From Chloroflexota bacterium (GTDB taxonomy: Bacteria; Chloroflexota; Limnocylindria; Limnocylindrales; CSP1-4), in assembly GCA_021790715.1 (NCBI GenBank), contig JAJYGK010000038.1, forward strand, positions 1 to 50,934: 50,934 bases of DNA. The letters run 5' to 3'. This document shows positions 25,561 to 34,600 of this stretch, one piece after another (the first letter of the stretch is position 1; each line of letters opens with the position of its first letter). A program made the position numbers and the translations under genes. The notes beneath the pieces were generated by a model. That model saw nothing but the letters and a program-made list of their open reading frames with translations, made no database searches and was not told the DNA's origin.

Positions 25561-28488
25561 TCAGACGGGCTCGGACGGCGCCGCGAGCGTCTCATCGACC
25601 GCCCGCAGGAGCGAGTCCGGCGTGAACGGCTTGGCGAGGAACCGGCTGGAAACGGCACCCCCGATGTGCACGACGTCCTCGGCGTAGCCCGACATGAACA
25701 GGACGCGCAGCCCCGGCCGCGCCTCGCGCAACCGGTGCGCCAGGTCCACGCCGGTCAGCCCGGGCATCACGACATCGGTCACGAGCAGATCGAGCGCCGC
25801 GTCCCCGAGCTCGCCGGCGAGCGCGATGGCCTCGGTCGGCGCCGCCGCCTCGTGCACCTCGAAGCCGCCGCGCATCAGCACGACCCGCGCCAGTTCGCGA
25901 AGCGTCGGGTCGTCCTCGACGAGCAGCACCCGCCCGCGCCCCGCGGGCCGGGGCGGCTCGGGACGTGAAGCAGGCGTGCCGTCCGCGCCGGACCTCGGGA
26001 AGTACAGCTTGAACGTGGTGCCGCGACCCGGCTCCGAGTACGTCCAGATGTAGCCGCCGGACTGGCGGACGATGCCGTACGCAGTCGACAGACCGAGCCC
26101 GGTGCCCTTTCCCACCGGCTTCGTCGTGAAGAACGGCTCGAAAATGTGCGCCCTGGTCTCCTCGTCCATGCCCACGCCGGTGTCCGTGACGGAGATCACG
26201 ACGTAGTCGCCCGGCGGCATCTCGATGTGAACCTGGTCGCCGTCGATCCGCGCACGCCCGGTCCCCATCACCAACCGCCCGCCGGCGGGCATGGCATCGC
26301 GCGCGTTCACGGCCAGGTTCAGCAGCACCTGTTCGAGCTGCGTGCGATCGACGCGGAGTGACCCGGCGTCCGGGTCGGGCGCCATCAGCAGATCGATGTC
26401 CTCGCCGATGAGCCGCCGGAGGATGTCGCCGATGCCGGTCAGCACGTCGTTCGCCTCGACCACGCGCGGCTGCAGCATCTGTCGCCGGCTGAACGCCAGG
26501 AGCTGCTGGGTGAGCCCGGCCGCGCGCTCGGCCGAAGCCCGGATCGTGTCCAGCGCCGCGTGGAGCTCGGCCTGCATCGTGGTCGCCCGCGCGAGGTCGG
26601 AGTAGCCGATGATCGCGGTGAGGATGTTGTTGAAGTCGTGGGCGACTCCGCCTGCCAGGCGGCCCACGGTCTCCATCTTCTGAGCCTGCAGCAGCTCCGC
26701 CTCGAGCCTCCGCCGCTCGGTGACATCCTCGTGGACGCCGATGGCCCCGAGCAGGTTGCCGGCCGAATCCCGCAGCGCCGCCACGTGGACCAGCACGTCG
26801 ATGGGCCGACCGTCCTTCGTGGCCCGCCGCGACTCGCCGACGACGTTCTCGCCCCGCCTGACCCGGGCGAAGGTGGCCTCGAGCAGCCCCGGATCGTCCG
26901 ACGGCGCGGTCGGGGGCGGCTCGCCCAGCACCTCGTCCGCCCGCCACCCGTACAGCGACTCCGCGGCCCGGCTCCAGTACGTCACGCGCATCCGCTCGTC
27001 GACCGCGATGACCGCGAGCGGCGACGCATCGAGGATGGCGGAGAGCGTCTGCGTGGTCTCGCGCAGCTGCCGCTCCAGCCGGTTGCGCTCGGTCATGTCC
27101 GCGTAGATCCCGAGGAGACGCGTCTCGCCCGCGTCGCCGCGGATGGGGGCGCCGTAGAGCAGCACCTCGACCTCCGACCCGTCCCCGCGAAGGCGCCGCG
27201 CCGGAACGCCGTCGACGATCTCGCCGCGCTGCACGCGCGAGAAGACGTCCTGCGAGACGTCGCGCTCCCGTTCCGAGATCGTCGGCGGGAACCGCCCGAC
27301 CACCTCGGCGGCCGTGAACCCGAACAGGCGCTCCGCGGCCCGGTTCCAGCGCTCGACCGTGCCGTCCGGCGCCAGCAGGTAGGTCGGGAGGGGGGAGGCG
27401 TCGAACATCGTCTGGAGCGTCCGCGCGTCGCGCTCGCGCGCCGCAAGCAGCTCGAGGCGTGCCAGGGCGACGTCGGCGCGGTGCGCCAGGTCGATGGCGA
27501 AATCGCGATCCGCCTCTCCGAAGGGACGCGCGTCCGGCCCGAACCGGGCGAGCGTCAGGGCACCGACGCGCTCGCCGTCGACGACGAGCGGGACGGCGAT
27601 GACCGCCCGCATGTCGAGCGAGGCCATCGCGGCCCGGCGGTCCGGGGGGAGCGCGACGAGGTATGCGGCCCGTTCGCCCGGTGAGAACCAGGCATGGAAG
27701 ATCGGCTCCCCCGACTCGAACGCGGCGCCGGCCATCCCCTCCCCGACCCGCCAGCGCTGCGCGGCGAACATCTCGCGGAGCACCCGTGCCTCGTCGGGCG
27801 TGCGGCCCGCCAGGCCGATCACCTCGAGGAATCGCCCGTCGTCGGTCGCGTCGAAGATCATGCACGCGGCGCCGAGCGCGTCGGCGCTGCGGGCCGCCAG
27901 CTGGTCGGTCACGGCGCGCGCGTCCGTCGCCCGGGTCGCAGCATCCAGGAACTCGGCGAGCAGCCGCCTGCGGGTCGCCTCCTCCCGGCCGGCCGCCTCG
28001 AGGCGACGACGCTCGCTGAGATCCACGAACCGGATCGCCCGCCCTCCGCCGAGCCGCTCCGAGAGCGCGCCGGCGTAGATGGCGACCTCGACCTCGCCCC
28101 CGTCCTTCCGGGGCCAGCGGGCCTCTACCCCGTCCAGGGTCTCGCCCGCCGCCACGCGGCGCACGAGGTCCGCGGCAGCGGCCGTGACATCGTCGCGCCC
28201 GATCGGGGCATCGTCGCGCCCGGCCTCGTCCGTGACGGCGTCGTGCCCCTCCGGCCGTGCGATCGCCATCGCCGGACGGCCGAGCAGCTCGGAGGCGCGC
28301 CAGCCGAAGAGGTTCTCGGCGGCACGGTTCCAGAAGACGATGTTCCCCTCCCGGGCCAGGAGGACAGTCGGGAGCGGGGACTCCGCGAGCAGCGCCTCGC
28401 CGCGGTCCGCCGGCGGAAGGCGGACCCGCGGTCCTGCTCTCCTCGCGTCCGACCGGGACGACAACAGGGCACCTCGCGGGTGCGGCAC
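25561..28488 (-). CDS. cytoplasmic PAS-GAF-PAS-PAS hybrid histidine kinase with C-terminal receiver
   Basis: Track ORF of 975 aa with a GTG start. Three PAS cores are present (FWNRAAENLFGW, RWNRAAERLFGF, YWSRAAESLYGW) plus a GAF domain. H-box is VAHDFNNILTAI, G-box is GKGTGLGLS, and the receiver has LLVTDVVMPG. Confidence 0.85.
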   Translation of the reverse strand: MPHPRGALLSSRSDARRAGPRVRLPPADRGEALLAESPLPTVLLAREGNIVFWNRAAENLFGWRASELLGRPAMAIARPEGHDAVTDEAGRDDAPIGRDDVTAAAADLVRRVAAGETLDGVEARWPRKDGGEVEVAIYAGALSERLGGGRAIRFVDLSERRRLEAAGREEATRRRLLAEFLDAATRATDARAVTDQLAARSADALGAACMIFDATDDGRFLEVIGLAGRTPDEARVLREMFAAQRWRVGEGMAGAAFESGEPIFHAWFSPGERAAYLVALPPDRRAAMASLDMRAVIAVPLVVDGERVGALTLARFGPDARPFGEADRDFAIDLAHRADVALARLELLAARERDARTLQTMFDASPLPTYLLAPDGTVERWNRAAERLFGFTAAEVVGRFPPTISERERDVSQDVFSRVQRGEIVDGVPARRLRGDGSEVEVLLYGAPIRGDAGETRLLGIYADMTERNRLERQLRETTQTLSAILDASPLAVIAVDERMRVTYWSRAAESLYGWRADEVLGEPPPTAPSDDPGLLEATFARVRRGENVVGESRRATKDGRPIDVLVHVAALRDSAGNLLGAIGVHEDVTERRRLEAELLQAQKMETVGRLAGGVAHDFNNILTAIIGYSDLARATTMQAELHAALDTIRASAERAAGLTQQLLAFSRRQMLQPRVVEANDVLTGIGDILRRLIGEDIDLLMAPDPDAGSLRVDRTQLEQVLLNLAVNARDAMPAGGRLVMGTGRARIDGDQVHIEMPPGDYVVISVTDTGVGMDEETRAHIFEPFFTTKPVGKGTGLGLSTAYGIVRQSGGYIWTYSEPGRGTTFKLYFPRSGADGTPASRPEPPRPAGRGRVLLVEDDPTLRELARVVLMRGGFEVHEAAAPTEAIALAGELGDAALDLLVTDVVMPGLTGVDLAHRLREARPGLRVLFMSGYAEDVVHIGGAVSSRFLAKPFTPDSLLRAVDETLAAPSEPV

Positions 28489-28724
28489 GCGGAGCGATCG
28501 ATACGATCGGTCCCGGGCCGGGGAGGATCGGCGGCGGTACGGGCCGTCGGCTCAGGGGACGACGGCCATGCAGGGGCGTCGCGTTCGCCAGTTCGTCATG
28601 GGCGACCATCCCACACGGAACGAGCTCGCACACCACCCGGTCGGGCCATGGCGCGGCGCCAGATCGGGTCATGCCCGCTACGACGGATCGACTACTCCAC
28701 GTGCGGGGTCGCGAAGCGGACCGC

Positions 28725-29390
28725 TCAGCCGGCGAATCCCGCCTCCGAGGCGCGCACGGCACGGAACGCGAACAGGCGCGTGCCCGGCCATCGCCACGCA
28801 TCGCGGGCCAGGCCGGCCTTCTCGCAGACGGCGTCGAGCATCGCCGCGGAGTCCCAGCCCAGCTCCTCGGCCACCTGTGGGAGCAGCAACGCGCGGCGGC
28901 CCCCGCGCTGCACGATGATGCCGTCGCGCCCGGCCACGAACTCCGACGCGTCCGCGAGCTCGACGGGCGGGGCGAGCACCGAGACCTCGAGGCGGATCGC
29001 CGGCATCTCCTCGGGAGTGACGGGCATGAACCGCGGGTCGTCGCGGGCGACGATCCCGCCGGCGCGCATCACGTTCTCCCACGCGGCGCGGTCCCAGTCG
29101 AGCTGGCCCATGCACCCGCGCAGGATCCCGTGCTCGTGGAGCGTCACGAATGCCGCCGCCGGGCCCAGGACGGCGGGAGGGAGTTCGCGCGGATCGGGCG
29201 CCTGCCCGGGTTCGCGGCGCACCGAGGCCTCGACCGCGGCACGGGCCAGTCGCAGCAGCGCGGCGAGGTCGTCGGCGCCCAGCGGGGCGGGCGCGCTCGC
29301 CGTCGAGGGTTCCCCGGAACGAGGCAGGACCACGGCCTCCTCCGTTCGGCCCGCACCCCATGCCTGCGGTCTCTCGCGGACCACCAGCAT
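28725..29390 (-). CDS. AMMECR1 domain protein
   Basis: ATG 29390-29388 inside track ORF 28725..29516. Sequence reads AAFVTLHEHGILRGCMG...DDPRFMPV...LEVSVL...GRRALLLPQV. The exact start is uncertain. Confidence 0.78.
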   Translation of the reverse strand: MLVVRERPQAWGAGRTEEAVVLPRSGEPSTASAPAPLGADDLAALLRLARAAVEASVRREPGQAPDPRELPPAVLGPAAAFVTLHEHGILRGCMGQLDWDRAAWENVMRAGGIVARDDPRFMPVTPEEMPAIRLEVSVLAPPVELADASEFVAGRDGIIVQRGGRRALLLPQVAEELGWDSAAMLDAVCEKAGLARDAWRWPGTRLFAFRAVRASEAGFAG

Positions 29391-29472
29391 CCTCGACCGT
29401 GGGCCCTCGTCCTCCCAGTGTCTCCCGGCCCGTCCCGCGCGGCCGATCGTCAGGTGGGCACCGGCAGGGTGT

Positions 29473-29548
29473 CGGCACCGGGGCCGGCTACCGGCACCGA
29501 CAGGGGCCGCCGGCACCGGGGCCGGCTACCGGCACCGACAGGGGCCGC
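29473..29548. repeat. perfect 38-bp tandem duplication in a divergent promoter region
   Basis: 29473-29510 is identical to 29511-29548 (CGGCACCGGGGCCGGCTACCGGCACCGACAGGGGCCGC). A partial third copy CGGCAC lies at 29549-29554. Confidence 0.92.
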
Positions 29549-29632
29549 CGGCACGAGCTGGGCCGGCCGGCAACGCCAGGGCCAGTCGGCATGGACGGCT
29601 CGATGCCCGCGACGGCCTCGGGCCCGGTCCGC

Positions 29633-29638
29633 TAGAGT
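29633..29638 (+). promoter_or_regulatory. candidate -10 (TAGAGT, within CGCTAGAGT) for the aminotransferase gene
   Basis: It lies 43 nt upstream of ATG 29681. Confidence 0.3.
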
Positions 29639-29680
29639 CACCCCACTCGTCTCGTCCTGCCGCCCACCCGGAGTCACGCC

Positions 29681-30886
29681 ATGCCACTGCCCGCCCGGGC
29701 CCTCTCGCCCGCTCCGCCCGATCCGATCCTGGGACTCAGCGAGGCCTTCCGCGCCGATCCGCGCCCCTCGAAGGCCAACCTCGCGGTCGGCGTGTACGTC
29801 GACGAGACGGGGACGACTCCCGTGCTCCCCTCGGTGCAGGCCGCGGAGCGGCAGCTCGTGGACGCGAATCCCTCCCGGACGTACCTCCCGATCGATGGCC
29901 GTCCCGGCTACCGCGACGCGGTGCGCTCTCTCGTCTTCGGGGCCGGCCACGAGGCGGTCGCGTCCGGCCGCGCAGTGTCCGCCCAGACGCCCGGCGGGAC
30001 CGGCGCGCTGCGGGTCGCCGCCGATTTCCTCGTCCAGGCGGGGAACCCACGGACGGTCTGGCTGAGCCAGCCGACCTGGCCGAACCACACCCAGCTCTTC
30101 ACGCTCGCCGGCATGGAGGTGCGGACATATCCGTACCTCGACGCGAGCGGCCGGCACCTCGACGCCGGGGCGCTGCTGGCCGCACTGCGGGGGGCATCGG
30201 CAGGGGACGTCGTGGTCCTCCACGGGTCGTGCCACAACCCGACGGGAATCGACCCGGACCCGGCGACGTGGCGGGCGATCGCCGACCTGGCGGTCGAGCG
30301 CGGCCTCCTCCCGATCGTGGACTTCGCGTACCAGGGATTCGGGGACGGGCTCCGCGAGGACGCGGCGTGGGTCGACGCGCTGGCGCGGCCGGACCTCGAG
30401 TTTCTCGTCTGCTCGAGCTTCTCCAAGAACTTCGCGCTCTACGCGGAACGCGTCGGCGCGCTCACCGTGGTGGCGCGAGAACCCGCCAGGGCGGAGTCGG
30501 CACTGACACACGTGAAGATCGCCATCCGCGCCAACTACTCGAATCCCCCCGCCCACGGCGCGGCGGTCGTCGAGACGATCCTGTGCGACCCGCAGCTCCG
30601 GGCCCGGTGGGAGGACGAGGTGGCCGGCATGCGCGCTCGCATCCGGTCGAATCGCGCCGAACTGGTGGACGCCCTCCAGGCGGCCGGGGTCCCGGGCGAC
30701 TGGGAGCCCCTGCGCGGGCAGCGCGGGATGTTCGCCCTGCTGGGGCTTCGGCCCGAACAGGTCGGCCGGCTGCGCGAGGAGTTCGGGGTGTACGTGGTCG
30801 GGGCCGGCCGGATCAACGTGGCCGGCCTGACGCGGGCGAACCTGCCCCGCGTGGTCGACGCCCTGGGGGCCGTCATCGCGTCCTGA
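29681..30886 (+). CDS. aspC: class-I aspartate/aromatic amino acid aminotransferase
   Basis: Track ORF of 401 aa. It is near-colinear with E. coli AspC as I remember it: PDPILGL..FRAD.RP.K.NL.VGVY.DETG.TPVL, TPGGTGALRVAADFL, HNPTGIDP, DFAYQGF, SFSKNFALY, IRANYSNPPAHGA, EEFGVY. Confidence 0.9.
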   Translation: MPLPARALSPAPPDPILGLSEAFRADPRPSKANLAVGVYVDETGTTPVLPSVQAAERQLVDANPSRTYLPIDGRPGYRDAVRSLVFGAGHEAVASGRAVSAQTPGGTGALRVAADFLVQAGNPRTVWLSQPTWPNHTQLFTLAGMEVRTYPYLDASGRHLDAGALLAALRGASAGDVVVLHGSCHNPTGIDPDPATWRAIADLAVERGLLPIVDFAYQGFGDGLREDAAWVDALARPDLEFLVCSSFSKNFALYAERVGALTVVAREPARAESALTHVKIAIRANYSNPPAHGAAVVETILCDPQLRARWEDEVAGMRARIRSNRAELVDALQAAGVPGDWEPLRGQRGMFALLGLRPEQVGRLREEFGVYVVGAGRINVAGLTRANLPRVVDALGAVIAS

Positions 30887-31052
30887 TCCGCGACGTCCGC
30901 CGCCCGCGGCCGGGCCTGCGCCGGTGCGCCCCGGCTACCCGGCCAGGAGCGCGGACCTACCCGCCCGGGTAGATCCGTCCCGACTCGTGGACCGTCCGAA
31001 ACGCGGTCCTCCGGCCGCTGCGGCGGGCCCCGGGACGCGCGAGCATCCCCGC

Positions 31053-31571
31053 ATGCTCACCACGCAGTCCCTCGCGCTGACCCAGCCGGCAACGGTCCAC
31101 CTCCGGCTCGTCCAGCCCACCGACCCCGCGACCGGCGCCGACCTGGCGCGGATGGCGGAGGAGGAACTGCCGTGGCTCGGCGAGCGGATCGAGGCGCCCG
31201 ACGCGGCAGAAGGCCCGCTGATCCGGCACTTCCAGGTCGACCTCGGCATGGCCGCCCTCTCCGGCAGCGATCGCCCCGTGTTCCGCAAGGCCGCATACGT
31301 CGACCTCGGCCCGGTCGAGCCGACGCGCGATGGGTGGCAGGCATCGATCGGCTGGCGGGCGGCGACGCTCGCGCCGCTCTTCCCGGTCTTCGCGGGCAGC
31401 CTGATCCGCACGGCCGACTCCCTGGTGCTCGAGGGCGAGTACGCGCCTCCCGGCGGCGAGCTGGGCATCGCGGTCGACCGCGCGCTGCTGAACATCGCGG
31501 CGCGCCGGACGGCCGTGTGGCTGCTGCACCGCATCGCCGACGCGCTCGCGGAGCCCGCCCGGGAGGACTGA
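31053..31571 (+). CDS. hypothetical protein
   Basis: ATG 31053 inside track ORF 30924..31571 (172 aa). No family recognised. Confidence 0.45.
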   Translation: MLTTQSLALTQPATVHLRLVQPTDPATGADLARMAEEELPWLGERIEAPDAAEGPLIRHFQVDLGMAALSGSDRPVFRKAAYVDLGPVEPTRDGWQASIGWRAATLAPLFPVFAGSLIRTADSLVLEGEYAPPGGELGIAVDRALLNIAARRTAVWLLHRIADALAEPARED

Positions 31572-31667
31572 CCGGGCGCGCTCCCGCACGTCGTCCGTGA
31601 CGGCGGCGGGCGTCGGGTGCCCGTTCCGGCACGATCCGGCGGTTGCCGGTAGGCTCGTTCGCTCAAG

Positions 31668-34600
31668 GTGACGAGCATCGAGCACGACGGGGGGAACGCC
31701 CCCCATGAGGCCGCCCATCGCACCTCGCCGGGTGACGCGACGACGTCGCTCGTGGCGACGGCGGGTCCGGGGCTGCGCGACGGCACCCGGGAGGTGCCGA
31801 TCCAGGGAGTCGGCGCACGGCTCGTCGCGAACATGGAACGGAGCCTGTCCGTCCCGTCCGCGACGTCCTTCCGGGACGTGCCGGCCGCCGCCCTGCAGGA
31901 CGCGCGCGCCGCGATCAACGCGCACATCGCGCCGAGGCGGCTCTCGCTGACGCACCTGGTCGCGTACGCGGTGGCGCAGGCCGCCGCCGTCCACCCCGCG
32001 ATGACCTCGGCATACCGCGAGATCGACGGACGGCCGCACCGCCTCGAGCCGGGCCGCGTGCACCTCGGGCTCGCCGTCGACGTCGAGCAGCGCGACGGAT
32101 CGCGGTTCCTGGTCGTTCCCGTCGTGCACGATGCCGCCGACCTGGACTTCGCCGAGTTCGCGGCCGCGTACGACGATCTCGTCGAGCGTGCCCGGTCCGG
32201 GGCCCTGCGCCCCGACGACCTGGCCGGCGGAACGATCACCCTCACGAACCCGGGCACGCTCGGCACGACCGCGTCGGTGCCGCGCCTGATGGCCGGGCAG
32301 GGCTCGATCATCGCGACCGGCGCGATCCGCGATCCCGGCTCCGGCCCGGTCATGACGATCACGAGCACGTACGACCACCGCGTCATCCAGGGCGCGGAGT
32401 CCGGCCGGTTCCTGCGCACGCTCGACGAGCTGCTGCAGGGCGCCGACGGGTTCTACGAGCTCGCGGCCGGCAGTCTCGGCGCGTCCATCGGCCCGACCGC
32501 CGGGCCGGGGCAGACGAGGACGGGGGCCGCGGCGCCGCGGCCTGTCCCGGGGGTCGCCGGGATCGCGCCCGTGACCCTCGCCGACGTCGCCGGCGCGATG
32601 GCGCTCGTGCGTTCCTTCCGGCAGTTCGGGCACCGCGCGGCACGGCTCGACCCGCTCGGGTCGGATCCGCCGGGCGACCCGTCGCTCGATCCGGCCACCT
32701 GGGGGCTGGCGCCGGATGCCCTCGCGCGCATCCCCGCGTCGGTGCTGCGCGTCTTCGTGCCCGGCCAGGCGCTCGCCGACGTGCTGCCGCAGCTCCGGCG
32801 CACGTACTGCGGGACGATGGCCTTCGAGGTCGAGCACATCTCGAGCGTGGAGGAGCGCACGTGGCTCCGGCGCGCGATCGAGTCGGGCGACTTCCGGACG
32901 CGCCCGCCGGTCGACGAGCGCCTGCGCCTCCTGGACCGGCTCACGGCCGTCGAGGCGTTCGAGCTCTTCCTCCAGCGCGCCTATCTCGGCCAGAAACGGT
33001 TCTCGATCGAGGGGCTCGACATGCTGGTCCCCATGCTCGACGAGCTGGTCGGGCTCGCCTCGCGCGCGGGGACCGGCGCCGTCGAGATCGGGATGGCGCA
33101 CCGCGGCCGTCTGAACGTGCTGGCGCACGTGGTCGGGGTGCCGTACGCGAACATCCTCGAGGAGTTCGAGCGCGGCCATCCCTCGGCGGAGCCGGACGAG
33201 GCCCCGGGGGACGAGACCAGCGACGTCAAGTACCACCGCGGCGCGAGCGGTACGGTCCAGGCTCCGGGGGGCGAGGTCCGGGTGTCGGTGTCGCCCAACC
33301 CGAGCCATCTCGAGGCGGTCGACCCGGTGGTCGAGGGACGCACCCGCGCCGAGCAGACGGACCGGCACGCGACGGGCGCCCCGCGGGACACGAGCCGCGC
33401 CGTCGCCGTGCTCGTCCACGGCGACGCGGCGCTGGCCGGGCAGGGCGTGGTGGCCGAGACGCTCAACCTCGCCCGGCTGGCGGGCTACACGACCGGCGGG
33501 ACGATCCACGTCGTCGCAAACAACCAGCTGGGTTTCACGGTCGACCCGGCGGCCGGCCGGTCGACCGCATACGCGAGCGACGTGGCCAAGGGGTTCGACG
33601 TGCCGATCGTCCACGTGAACGCCGACGATCCCGAGGCCTGCCTCTCAGCGATCCGGCTCGCGGTCGCCTACCGCGAGCTCTTCCACGGCGACGTCCTGGT
33701 CGACCTCGTCGGGTACCGCCGGCGCGGGCACAACGAGGAGGACGAGCCCGCATACACGCAACCGCTGCAGTACGAGCGGATCGCCTCGCACCCCACGGTC
33801 CGGGCGCGCTACCTCGCGCTCCTCGCCGCAGAGGGAAGCGTCGAGGCGGCGACGGGAGAGGCGGCACTGGCGGAGGCCGAGGGACGGCTGGCCGGGATCC
33901 GCGAACGCCTCCCGAAGCCGCCGCGGCGCGCCGCCGGCGCGGGAGACGGCACCGCACGCCCGGGCGACGCGACCCCGGTCCCGGCGCGGCCGGACGGCCC
34001 GGAACCCGCCCGTCCGGCCGCGATCCCGGCCGTCCCGGTCGAGACCCTGCGCGCGATCAACGAGCGGCTCCACGCCTGGCCCGAGGGGTTCACGGTGCAC
34101 CCGAAGCTCGTCCGCCAGCTCGACCGGCGGCGCGAGGCGCTCGCCCCGGGCGGCCGGATCGCCTGGGGGCACGCCGAGCAGCTCGCGCTCGGGTCGCTGC
34201 TCCTCGACGGGGTGCCGATCCGGCTCACCGGGCAGGACACGGAGCGCGGCACGTTCAGCCAGCGGCATCTCGTCCTGCACGATGCGCGGACCGGCGGACG
34301 CCACACGCCCCTCGCGGCGCTGCCCGGCGCACGGGCGTCGCTGGAGTTGCACGATTCGCCGCTGTCGGAGTACGCGTGCCTCGGGTTCGAGTACGGGTAC
34401 GCGGTGCAGGCGCCGGACGCGCTCGTGCTCTGGGAGGCGCAGTACGGCGACTTCGCGAACGCCGCCGAGGTGATCATCGACCAGTTCATCATCGCCGGCC
34501 TGGCGAAGTGGGGCCTGACCTCGCGCCTGGTGCTGCTGCTGCCGCACGGCTACGAGGGCCAGGGACCCGAGCACTCGAGCGCGCGGCTGGAGCGCTACCT

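Noticed and set aside
25592-30972. A 1069-aa minus-strand ORF (25592..28801) and a 1092-aa plus-strand ORF (27694..30972).
   Set aside because: These are alternative frames or strands of the PAS/GAF kinase, AMMECR1 and aspC regions. They are Arg-rich low-complexity translations, and they cross an intergenic tandem repeat whose 38-nt unit breaks the frame logic.
30957-33614. An 885-aa minus-strand ORF antisense to kgd. The same applies to 37394..40225 (943 aa) and 43686..46823 (1045 aa).
   Set aside because: These are shadow or read-through ORFs spanning several real genes. Only the segments annotated above carry recognisable domains.
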